DNA of 64,000 nucleotides from Eledone cirrhosa (taxonomy: Eukaryota): contig OZ024746.1 in the NCBI GenBank assembly GCA_964016885.1, forward strand, positions 56,916,001-56,980,000, read 5' to 3'. Positions 41,595 through 54,427 of this stretch are shown in pieces. A model generated the notes under the pieces. It was not told where the DNA came from and did no database searches. It was given only the letters and a program-made list of their open reading frames with translations. The translations under genes were made by a program, and so were the position numbers. Each line of letters begins with the position of its first letter. The first letter of the stretch is position 1.

Positions 41595-41639
<45 letters not shown>

Positions 41640-42227
41640 GTGTATATATATATATATATATATGTGTATGTATATATGTGTATATGGATGTGTATGTATG
41701 TGTATGTGTGTACACATGGACTAGAGTATGTATGTATATATGTGTGTGTCTATACGTGTGTATATAAAGATAAGTTGAGTATGAAAATGTATACACATGA
41801 GCGCGTATGTATGTACATGAATACATGTGTGTATATATATGTGTATGCATGTGTATATATATGTAAGTAGGAATATGTGAATTGTGAGTATATGTATTTT
41901 GTAGAGGTGTGCAAATATATTTGTGTGAATGCGTGGGTGAAAGGATACGTACACTTGAAAGAAAAATTTAAGTCTGAATGTTAATTAAGTGCAAACACAA
42001 AACCAACCACGCATATCTTTACTATCTCTAATCCTTCTATAGATTTAGAAAAATAACCAATAATATATTCTATAAAAAATGTCAAAACAACAGATGGGAA
42101 TCTAATTACTCACTGCCACCAAGAATTCTCACTGCTATCTAAAAACCACTCCTTCAACTATTCTTCTAACAACTTCACCCCTCCCTCCTAATATTCTCTA
42201 TAAAAACTAAATAGGTCCTCAGTAATA

Positions 42228-42344
42228 TTATTCTGATGAAATGACAGTAAATAATAACATTGAAATATTGAATGTCTGCATAACTAAAAGTTTGTAGATA
42301 GCTGTTTTAGGTTATGTAACTGTTATAGAAACACGTGTCAATAA
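42228..42344 (+). ncRNA. Type I hammerhead ribozyme, canonical core, extended stem II
   Basis: TTATT-CTGATGA-A-ATGACAGT-(70 nt)-ACTGTTAT-A-GAAA-CACGTG-TC-AATAA. Confidence 0.85.
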
Positions 42345-42378
42345 ATTCCTTTCAACTAAACTGTATCCATTCAAATCT

Positions 42379-42430
<52 letters not shown>

Positions 42431-42436
<6 letters not shown>

Positions 42437-44406
42437 TCAGGTTATCAATAATGTAGTGATAATATATCGTTACGTTAGAGATGAACAGCGTACGTGCAGG
42501 TTTGCTCAACGAGTATAAATTATATTCCGGAGAAATGTAGAAAGGATGAATATAAAATGAAAGTGCTTTTGTTAAAAAAGGAATTTATTAGGTATTGACA
42601 TATGTTTCTGTAACAGACCGAATACCTATGTATCGCTGCTTGCGTAATCATATAATGTTAGCAAGTATTCGATAGCAAATGTATAATCAGTTGTCACTTC
42701 TTCAGAGATTTTGGATAAACTGGATAAAATCAGAAAAATTGAAGTATTTATATTAGTAAAAGAGGAAGGAAGAGAGGGGATAGAATATGACAGATGGTAA
42801 AATAATTTACTGCTAAACAAGTATATAATGGGTTTTTAATGAGAATACCATGAGTAAATCTAAATAAGAATTTTGGGGGTGCCGATTTTAATCTCTACTT
42901 GACCAACTGGACAGTGGACAGGGCTGGTCATTTGGTGCAGTAGTATTAATCATAAAGTGTCAAATGGGGAAGGGGGAGATTTCGATTGCTACTAAATAAC
43001 ATCAATGCTAGTGGTCAGCTGGTATTTGCTCTAGGGAATTGAATAAAAAAATCAGAAATCTCATTTTATCTATAGCAGTTTGTATTAAAAGGTAAATAAT
43101 AGAAGAGTTGATAGAATTAAGACTAATAAAGAATGTTCATATCCATTTTGACAATCAAACGGGGATAGAGACAGGCGTTCAATCCTGGTAGTATTTATAA
43201 TATGAAAATGTAGATTTTAAGCGATGGTTACAGTATAACGATCGCTCTATTCTGTTATTTAATAAAATGTTTTTGGATTTCATAATACAAAATAATTCTA
43301 CATTACATAATCTACAAAATTCCTGTCCATTGGAATATGGGGGGGCATCGCTATTATATCCCATTTTAGGTGAAATTGTTGGTTATTTTCACGCAGCTGC
43401 CAAGCCTTGTCTGCGAGTGTTGTTACATAACGCTGGTTTTCATGTTTTATCGAATAACGATGTCTATAAAGGCGTGATTTAAAGGAGGTGGCTGTAGATC
43501 CCACATAGTACCACTTCTGTCTATCCGATTCGATAGTACATTTGTATACGATGTTGCGTTCAAGACACTGGTTGTTCAACGGACACATTCCTGGTTGGAC
43601 ACAGTTGCAATTACAATTTTGCGTTGTTGTATTGCCATGGATGGGTTGATGAGGTTGCTTATGTAGAACAGGATGTTGTTTGTTGTTTTGTGATGTTATA
43701 GCTAATGTTTTACGTGTATTGTTATGTGTTGGAAGGCGTTTATACAACCGTTTTGCGTTAAGCATTTTTATATGTTGTTCAATATTAGGGGCGGTTGAAT
43801 ATGAAAGTCGGATGGTGTTAGGGTTTAAGATTTTATTATATTTATGTGATGTTGGAAAGTGTTTTCTAACTAATCGAAAGAATTTTGAGGGTAGATTGGT
43901 TTTAATAGATTTGTTATAGACCGGGTTGTACCAGATATACTCCTTACATCGCCTTCTGTTTGGTGGTGTGCGACTATTATTGTGTCTATTGCGGTAGTGT
44001 ATGTATGGTGGTGATTCTGTGCTATTTCTACTCCTATGTGATTTATTTTGGGTGTTTTGGTGATCATTGACTATATACTCTATATTATCTAGGTGACCGG
44101 CTTTCCTAAGTGCATCATCATAATACTCGGCATGTTCTTTGAAGGTTTGTTGGTTGGACGATAGGCGGGAGATTCTAAGAGAAACATTTCCAGGGATGGA
44201 TTTAATTATAGAGAGTGGATGGTTAGAACTCGTATTTACATATTTAAGGTTCTCATTTAGTTTATGGAACGGTTTAATCGAATACTTGCTAACATTATAT
44301 GATTACGCAAGCAGCGATACATAGGTATTCGGTCTGTTACAGAAACATATGTCAATACCTAATAAATTCCTTTTTTAACAAAAGCACTTTCATTTTATAT
44401 TCATCC

Positions 44407-44411
<5 letters not shown>
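42431..44411 (-). mobile_element. PLE, 5'-truncated (thumb-linker-EN), with inverted partial pLTR
   Basis: SNHP, WYNPVY, CNC..CPL..CL..IVY..YVGST and CRLC on the minus strand. 44277-44411 is the reverse complement of 42539-42673. Related to the 39093 element. Confidence 0.92.
42593..42710 (-). ncRNA. Hammerhead ribozyme, extended stem II (weak helix I)
   Basis: CTGAAGA-A-GTGACA-(76 nt)-TGTTAC-A-GAAA-CATATG-TC-AATA. Confidence 0.65.
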
Positions 44412-45168
<757 letters not shown>

Positions 45169-45846
45169 GGATTAACAAATAATAGTTAAATGCAGTCCAC
45201 TTAGGTGAAGTTCAGTTATGGTATTCCAGGTAGTGGATGATATTAACGCTTGGCTTGGTTTGACTCAACAAGGCGTTTTCATAGTGATGCTGCGGGTATG
45301 CTGTAAACACTTGTAGTATAATAAATCAGGAAAGAAGGATTACATGGTTTGCTATACAAAAAAGTTTTTAATCACATAGCTTACATTTGTTTCACTGAAC
45401 TGATCTGTCTAGAGATCGCTATCCGCCTAATTTTGCGTCACTCGATCGCCAATACAGAATTATAACCAGTCAGATCTTCGGAACATGCGAGAATGAAGAA
45501 AATACACAGGCAAGAAAAGAAAAGAAAATATGGAGTAGTTATGTCATTCAATTAGAACAATAACAACAACAATTATTACAACAATGCTATCAATAAACTA
45601 TTTAAGGAGACCCGGACATTACTTAGGTGGGGGGTATATAATGTATCTAATGTTACGGCGTGAAAATCAGCTGTCATAAGGCAAAAAGTATCGTAGTGTG
45701 TATCAATTTTAAATCATAAAGATGAGCTAGTTTTTACAGTCCTTCTCTTCATCTTCAACAGTATACATGAGTGGGACCACTGTCAAAGCTCAATAGTTGT
45801 AGAGTTAATACAGAGGTTAACGAATTAATATACGCATATATCTACG

Positions 45847-45878
<32 letters not shown>

Positions 45879-46570
45879 AATATATATACACATATATGTG
45901 TACATAGACACATACATACAAATCAACATACACTCGTACAAAAATATACATACATGCAAAGAGAAAAGCGTGCTAATTGTAGTTATGGCAAAAAGAAGGT
46001 AAAGTAACATTGTAGTAGTGAAATGAGAAAAACTAGGATCTAGGATCAAATGATTGCAGCAGCTGAGAAGGAGTAAGATTGTTGGTAGATGAGGTATTTA
46101 CAGACAATTGTGTGGTATAGACTTGTGAAGGAAATAGTATATTTAATGAATATATTTCTGTGGGTAGTAGGTATCCTAATTTAAAGCTATGTTATGTTGG
46201 TTCGATTCACGGAGGTTTGAATCTTATGAATTTAGTGGCTATTCTATGTCTGCAGAAGATAGATATTTCTAACTTATTATTAAGTAGCCTTTTAACATTT
46301 CTAAGGATATACAATAGCTCAAGGTCACACAGCCCGCAATAGGATATCCCTGTACTATAGGTACCAACAATCTTACTCCTTCTCAGCTGCTGCAATCATT
46401 TGATCCTAGATCCTAGTTTTTCTCATTTCACTACTGCAATGTTACTTTACCTTCTTTTTTCCATAACTACAATTAGCACGCTTTTCTCTTTGCATGTTTG
46501 TATATTTTTGTACGAGTGTATATTGATGTGTATGTATGTGTCTATGTACACATATATGTGTATATATATT

Positions 46571-46626
<56 letters not shown>

Positions 46627-47152
46627 CGTAGATATATGCGTATATTAATTCGTTAACCTCTGTATTAACTCTACAACTATTGAGCTTTGACAGTGGTCCC
46701 ACTCATGTATACTGTTGAAGATGAAGAGAAGGACTGTAAAAACTAGCTTATCTTTATAATTTAAAATTGATACACACTACGATACTTTTTGCCTTATGAC
46801 AGCTGATTTTCACGCCGTAACATTAGATACATTATATACCCCCCACCTAAGTAATGTCAGGGTCTCCTTAAATAGTTTATTGATAGCATTGTTGTAATAA
46901 TTGTTGTTGTTATTGTTCTAATTGAATGCCATAACTACTCCATGTTTTCTTTTCTTTTCTTGCCTGTGTATTTTCTTCATTATCGCATGCTCCGAAGATC
47001 TGACTGGTTATAATTCTGTATTGGCGATCGAGTGACGCAAAATTAGGCGGATAGCGATCTCTAGACAGACCAGTTCAGTGAAACAAATGTAAGCTATGTG
47101 ATTAAAAACTTTTTTGTATAGCAAACCATGTAAACCTTCTTTCCTGATTTAT
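45169..47152 (-). mobile_element. PLE family B: EN C-terminus plus ~770-bp inverted pLTR arms
   Basis: YCGLCDLELLYI..LLNNKLE...CRH at 46207-46360 (-). Arms 45321-46087 and 46362-47152 are near-perfect reverse complements. Confidence 0.92.
46989..47094 (+). ncRNA. Hammerhead ribozyme, extended stem II (family B)
   Basis: GCT-CCGAAGA-T-CTGACTGGT...ACCAGTTCAG-T-GAAA-CAAATG-TA-AGC. The mirror copy is at ~45379-45484 (-). Confidence 0.8.
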
Positions 47153-47165
47153 ATTTATATATATA

Positions 47166-47285
47166 TAGGAACGAGTAGGAATCCGACGGCTGAGCTCAAG
47201 CCGTTTCGACTGCTAATTCTGGACGCTACGAACCGAGTACTTTGGTGCGTTATTGTGCACCTGGTTCCTTACCACATTTCCTTCG

Positions 47286-47288
<3 letters not shown>
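47166..47288. mobile_element. Miniature family E pLTR fragment (inverted HHR half + tail)
   Basis: 47166-47224 matches 22636-22695 and 47236-47288 matches 27559-27611. It lies between (TA)n tracts. Confidence 0.8.
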
Positions 47289-47337
<49 letters not shown>

Positions 47338-47522
47338 CATTATTATTGTTAAAGGACTTGAACATCTGAAACTACTTCGCTATTACTTATTCTATATATA
47401 TATATATATAAAAACAAATAATAGAAAGTAAATAGAATCTTCCAGTAGATAAGTTTGAAAATATTTTTTCCAGTGACATATTAAAACAGTAATTCATATA
47501 CAATAACGGTTCCAGCATTAAG

Positions 47523-47591
<69 letters not shown>

Positions 47592-47866
47592 GTTTGTATA
47601 TGTATAATAAAGCCAAAACAATGCAGGTATGGACATAGAATAAAGAATGCAAATGTAAAAGATATTGTTGACAATTAGTCTTTTACCTTAGATTTATTTA
47701 AACGTCCTTAATTTTTTAGATAATATCTCTTCTTTAGAGGGATGTAAAGCTGTTAATCCAGTGTTCTAAATAGCTTGGCAAATCATGCTTACAGGAAATT
47801 TTGAAACGTATAAACAAACGTTTATACATCATTACACGATGCTTCAAATGAATTATGACCTCCTCC

Positions 47867-47954
<88 letters not shown>

Positions 47955-48081
47955 TTAATGCTAGAACCTTTATTGTATATAAATTAATGTTTTAATATGT
48001 CACTGAAAAAAATATATTCAAATATTTTCATAAGGAACAACGATTCAGTGTTGCATCATAACCTATTTAATATACCAAGCC

Positions 48082-48167
48082 TATCTGATGACCTTTCGAT
48101 TACAGAGTCAGCTTGGATCTATAATCGGTCTTGCCTCGAGCTGATCGATAGTGAAACATATGTAATA
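48082..48167 (+). ncRNA. Hammerhead ribozyme in a solo pLTR with inverted tail (47953-48076)
   Basis: TAT-CTGATGA-C-CTTTCGAT...ATCGATAG-T-GAAA-CATATG-TA-ATA. 48030-48073 is an imperfect reverse complement of 48168-48212. Confidence 0.75.
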
Positions 48168-48306
48168 TGTGATTAAATATGTTATAATGCGACACTGAAT
48201 CCTTGTTCCTTAACCTTCTAGTTTCACACACTGCTCTGGCGAGCAGCGAGTGATCAACCTCTATACTGCCTATGGAAGTATTTTTCATCAACTATACAAC
48301 TATATA

Positions 48307-48375
<69 letters not shown>

Positions 48376-49598
48376 TATGCGACCCAAATTAGCAGATAAT
48401 TGTACGTGTATCAGGCAGAGGGTCAGAAGGAGGCAGCAGTGTGTGAGGGGTAGGTTTCACTAATAAATCTCTTTACACACTTTGCATCTCCCCATATATA
48501 TATATATATAGAGAGAGAGAGAGTGTGTGTGTGTGTGTGCAGGGGTGAGACCGGGAAGACCACTAATCATGTCAGTAATACATACATGAGGGGATGCAGA
48601 ATATGGATAGAGATATACTACTATTCACCCCTACTTCCAAATAGCTGCAGCTCACTTTTGAGAACTGCTATCCCTTAAAACCTTTCTCATACATAGTTGG
48701 CATGGAAATGATGAATTAGACTTCCAATGACTTATATTCAGCCCTGCGTATGCTGCAGCGGAATAATAAAGAAAATGCCATGCTAACGCAACACTCGTCA
48801 GGGACGTTTAGATCAAGTAATACTTATGTTTGAAGCTTGTTTAATTGAAAAAATACTTTGTCCTGGACCAGTCACACTCTCTGGACAAAGGAAACATGTA
48901 TCTATATAGAATAGATTTAAATTTTGGCTGCCATCGAGTAGCAGGCTTTAAGTCAAAGTTTTTTTTTTCTGAGAGTGATGTCCGAACAAGAACTATGGGT
49001 CTCTTATCACCGATCGTTTGTCCGCGTACTCGGGCACCAAATCAAGCATGGCTTTGTCATATGCATTCATAGGCCAGGCACATGATTGAGAATGTTTTTG
49101 AGGTTTCTTGTGCAGTTATATAGAGAGATACGCTGTACGACGTTTGTTCTCACCTACATCGATTTGATAGTGAGTATTTATCGATAAGCTTCTAGAAATA
49201 GACAAATAACACCGGGGAATTTAATGAAACATCCAGCCAGTTATTAAAACGTCAACGAAACTACAAAATGTTGAAATATATTAAAGTTTTCTAGTTTTAG
49301 TTTTAGAAACCCCAATGGCTGACAACAGCGTCTTTAAATAATCAATCTGTTTAGCTAAATTGTATATAATGTCAATCTGTAAAATTGACTCGGTGATAGC
49401 AGTTAGAGAAGAGAAAACAATAAAATATATCCATCAAACTCCGTCCTTCTATCTCCACATTCACCGGCATTTTCTTAAAATCCAAATTTTCAGAGTGAAT
49501 GATAAATATCCGAAAACAAATCTGTATGTTCATCGTAACGGTAATCATGTTAACTGCTCATGGCAAACGAACCGGTTCAAGCTTGCAAGGATTATTGT

Positions 49599-49738
<140 letters not shown>

Positions 49739-52420
49739 ATGTGTGTATGTGTGTGCGTATGTGTGTGTGTGTGTGTGTGTGTGTGTCTCTATATATATAT
49801 ATACACATAAACCTATATACATATAAATCTCTAATTTGATTTACACAATTTTCTCTTGCTACATAGTCTTATTTCACCACTTGTTATTACACACGTACTC
49901 ACACAAACAGATAAAAACACACACACATACACACACACACGCGCACACATATATATATATATATTCATTAGTTAAGCAAATCAAGACCACAAATTTCACA
50001 AGGAAGACATTATTAAAAGATTGTCAACATATTTAATTTGGTGTAAGGAATGTAGAGAATAATAATAATAATGTCCGTTTACAATTGTTTGAGGTTTCTT
50101 ACCCACCCGTATGTACCAACAACCCCAAGGTTCTCTCTCAAGGATCACAAGCCAAACTTTATAGGGAACCCATTATACTCATAAGCCCAACCACATCTGA
50201 CCTGGGCTGCATCAGTAAGAACATCCTTGATAGGATAATCCCTGGGCTACGGGATGATACCACCTACAAGTTGTGGTCCAACACGGGCCAAGTCATCCGA
50301 TGGTTCTCCGATCTAAGGTCCAAGCAATCTATGAGGTTCATCTAATTTGACATAGACAGCTATTACGCTTGAATAACCCCGGAACTGCTCAACAAAGCAT
50401 TAACCTAGCCACCACCAACTCGGACATAACCAATAATGAGATTAACATAATACTTATGGCTAGGCAGACTATCATTGAATTCAACGGAGCACTCTGGACT
50501 AGAAAAGATAGAACAGACAACTTTGACATTACGATGGGCTCAAGTGACTCCGCGCAAATCGCCAATTTAGTTGGGATTTACCTATTACGTAACATCAAAG
50601 CCGAAATCCATCCCATGCAAGGCGGATAATACAGGGACGACGCCCTATTTGCGGTCCACAATTGCACTAATCGGGGAATCGATTTGCTAAAGAAACAATT
50701 ACATAGATTCTTCAAAAATAACGCTCTCTCTATCACCATCGAGCCGAACCATAAAGTAGTAAACTTCCTAGACGTCACCCTGAATCTCAACAATAACCTT
50801 TATAAGCCTTACCATAAACCAGGTGAAATACTCACATATATTAGCCCACACTCTAACCACCCACCGGCAGTCATCAGAACAGTAATCAAATCTATCTCCT
50901 ATAGGATTTCAATGCTATCAGCAAATGAGGAGATATTTACAAGCCAGGTACAGTATTATAATAAGGCTATCTCTGAATCTGGTTATAAACAATCAATTTA
51001 TTACATACCTAAATACCATAAAACAGCAATTCACCATAATAAACTTAACATTAGAACTAGAAATATCTTAGCATATAGCCAGATTCGCCGGAATTTTAGC
51101 AGTAACACTGCTCCCCACTCCAAGTAGCAAACTAAAAATCAACCCTAGAATAGGAATGAGAAATGAGATGACAAATAACAAATCCACAGGTAATAATAAC
51201 CCTAGGAAGGCCCCTACCAAGTCCACTAGAACCCCTAGAAGAAATAGACCTAGAAATATCACCTGGCTCAACCCTCCATTCTCATCTAATCTAGCCACTA
51301 ATATCCCCAAACGCTTCTTCTCTATCCCATCCAAACACTTCCCCCCTAACAATAGATATTACAAACTCTTTAATAAAAATAACATTAAAATATCATTATC
51401 CACAATAACTAACCTAGCTAGCCACATCGCGTTCAGTAACCATCATAAGCTAAGACAGTATAACTCCCACACCGCAGTACTACCACCCCTATCAAATACA
51501 CCACGCCACTACACCAATAATTACTCTAGTAGCACACCTGCCCCATCGAATCCTTCTAGCACGGACCTACCCCTTAGGTTAAACAACCCTACTCTCAATA
51601 ACCGCAGAAACAAATGCAACTGCCGTTACCCCAGCGCATGCCCATTAAATGGACACTGCCTGACACCCAACATAGTCTATAGGTGCACGGTTGAGACTGC
51701 TTCGAATATCAGCTCTTATATCGGGTCTACCTCTAACCCTTTTAAGGTACGCTATAACACACTCTTTTTCCTTCCGAGACCCTAGCAGCAGATGTTCGAC
51801 ATCTCTAGCTAGGCTCATTAAAAACCTTAAATTAAACAACGTTCAACACTCGCAAAAATGGGATATCGTGGCTAAGTCCCAACCGTTCAATGGACGAAGA
51901 AAATCTTGTGATCTCTGTATTACGGAAGCATATTACATAACTCTATAAAGACCTCTACCGATTAACGATAGAACGGAGGTAACAATTAGCTGTCAACATC
52001 AAAGGGCTAATTCCTTCCCCAATAGAATCTTTGACCCAACTTAGTCATGTAGCCCCATTTTTACTTGTAGCTAATAAGTTAAATTGCTATGAACAACTCG
52101 ATAATTATAAGTTACCTACCCTACATTGTCTCTCAAATAAACACATTTTAAAATCAGCACTTAACTATAAACACCCACAATTTCTAATCTCTCGAGAAGT
52201 TACTTCCTCTGAAACCACCCTCTAATTAGTAAGGTAAACATGCCCTTTGGCAGCCATCTTGTTACCCATAGGCAGATCTCACACAATGCAGCCTCGACAG
52301 ATGACTACTGCTTGATTATGGCTGACAACTGATGCAACCAAGACACCATAGTAAAAACCAATATATGGACCATTATATTATGTAACATAATCCCATTATT
52401 TTAATTTATATTCCTTTGAA

Positions 52421-52540
52421 GTTCCGATGAGCCACTCTGTTTTTTAAATATGTTAATTATTTTCAACTGAACCAGATCAATTATGATATATAGTCATCTG
52501 ATCCAGAAATATTATATGGAGTAGCGAAACAATTGTAAAC
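52421..52540 (+). ncRNA. Hammerhead ribozyme, extended stem II
   Basis: GTT-CCGATGA-GCCACTC-(81 nt)-GAGTAGC-GAAA-CAATTG-TA-AAC. Confidence 0.75.
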
Positions 52541-52581
52541 GGACATTATTATTATTAATACATTAATACATTATTATTATT

Positions 52582-52737
52582 AATGCTTTGACGCATAGAG
52601 TTACGCTCCTTGCCATTCTGAGTTCAAATCCCGCGAGGTTAACTTTGCCTTTCATCCTTACGGGGTCGATAAAATAAAGTACCACTAATGCACTGGGTAA
52701 TTGCTGGCCTTGTGCCAAAAGTAGAAACAATTATTAT
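52582..52737 (+). mobile_element. SINE inserted in an (ATT)n run of the PLE pLTR
   Basis: GAGTTCAAATCC..GCCTTTCATCCTTACGGGGTCGATAAAATAAAG. It is absent from the inverted arm at 50058-50072. Confidence 0.85.
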
Positions 52738-53031
52738 TAATATTATCATTATTATTCTCTACATTCCTTACACCAAATTAAAATATGTTGACAATCTTTT
52801 AATAATGTCTTCCTTGTAAAATTTGTGGTCTTGTCTTGCTTAACTAATGAATATTTCCAGCTCTGCGCACCTAACTTCTGCATGAACCCAACCACCTAAC
52901 TGCTTTCTACTGCATATTGCACATTGAGCATATGCCTTTACGCTTTAGCTTCTAACTAACTCGCCAATCTCTCCTCTCATATCTCCTCTACTATCTCCAT
53001 CTCTCTCTTTAAGATTGGTTACTCTTGAACC

Positions 53032-53106
<75 letters not shown>

Positions 53107-53126
53107 TATATATGTGTGTGTGTGTG

Positions 53127-53201
<75 letters not shown>

Positions 53202-53869
53202 ATCTGTTTGTGTGCGTACGTGTGTAATAAGAAGTGGTGAAATAACACCATGTTGCAAGAGAAAATTGTGTAAATCAAATTAGAGACGGAGGAAGACGAT
53301 AGGAATGATTCAAACAAATAATAACTGACATTCCGTCATCCGTTCCACGCTGTTACTCACAGAATATCATGGTTTTCGGTATATTATCGAAAATATAAAA
53401 CACCACCCGGGATAGTTATCACAGGGAATTTGGTCTAGTGACGAGGCAAATTAAATTAGTCAGTGCGCTTGGACGATTAAAAGGACGCGGTATAATTGTT
53501 AAATTACAAAAGACAAAATGCAAGAGAAAGCCAAGGGAAATTATAAACACATACCAATAGATGAGAGTGGGAAATTGAAAATAAAAATATAGTGAACTGT
53601 CCCAAATAAATTGAAACACCAAGTCGTTAAACTAAAATGTAAAAAAAAAAGCAAAATGGGAGCATGATGAAAAACAATGTAACACTTAAGGAAAGCTGAC
53701 ATTTGTAAAGAGTCTTCATCCTTCTTGGAGGAAATTAAAACCATTAGTTTGGGTTAAAGTCGAGGAGAAATTCTGGAAAAATTCAATTGTATTTTTTCTT
53801 ACCCTTTGTAATTTGAATTCTCTCCTCTCTCCCCCTCTCTCTCTTTCTATATATATATATAGATTTTTT

Positions 53870-53948
<79 letters not shown>

Positions 53949-54305
53949 AAGTTAAATAAAAAGTCAAATGTTTAAAATTTAGCTTCGTTTATTACTGCTA
54001 TATATATTTCAGTGACAGCAATTATTCGCTGTGAACTCTTCAGGCAGTCCGATTTAGTGTGGTATAGACAAGTTCATATGTTGTTGAGGTGTATAATTTT
54101 GTCAATACTCAGATATGTCCAGTTCCTGGTTAGGTTGTTATTTCTCTGAGGATCTGGAATCATATGAATTCAAACAAACGCATTTCAGTGTCAAAGGGCC
54201 TCTTCTCCTCCCATTGGTCAGTTGTTAGAACATTCCTCATTCTAAGTGTTGTTATTGTTGGAGTTAGTTTAAACAATTGATAAAGTGGTAGAAGGAACAA
54301 TGTGG

Positions 54306-54415
<110 letters not shown>

Positions 54416-54427
54416 CTTTATATATAT

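Larger units (their letters stand above)
39047..42381 (+). mobile_element. Penelope-like element with uninterrupted ORF, 3' UTR and HHR pLTR
   Basis: ORF 39093-41273 and HHR 42228-42344, with (TA)n on both sides. Confidence 0.93.
49828..53286 (+). mobile_element. PLE, 5'-truncated, disrupted RT-EN (~50100-52040) with pLTR and inverted 5' arm
   Basis: KDHK region, FI*FDID, MGSSDSAQ, YRDD, NFLDVTL, SNHP, WLNPPF, CNC..CPL..CL..IVY..YIGST and CDLC. 49828-50090 is the inverted 3' end. Confidence 0.9.

Noticed and set aside
50085-52040. Selenocysteine recoding (as in some Naiad PLEs) or an alternative genetic code
   Set aside because: The in-frame stops are mixed TAA/TAG/TGA at positions not shared between copies. 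The TGA at ~50370 replaces Ser, and the 39093 ORF has ordinary Cys codons. This is ordinary decay.
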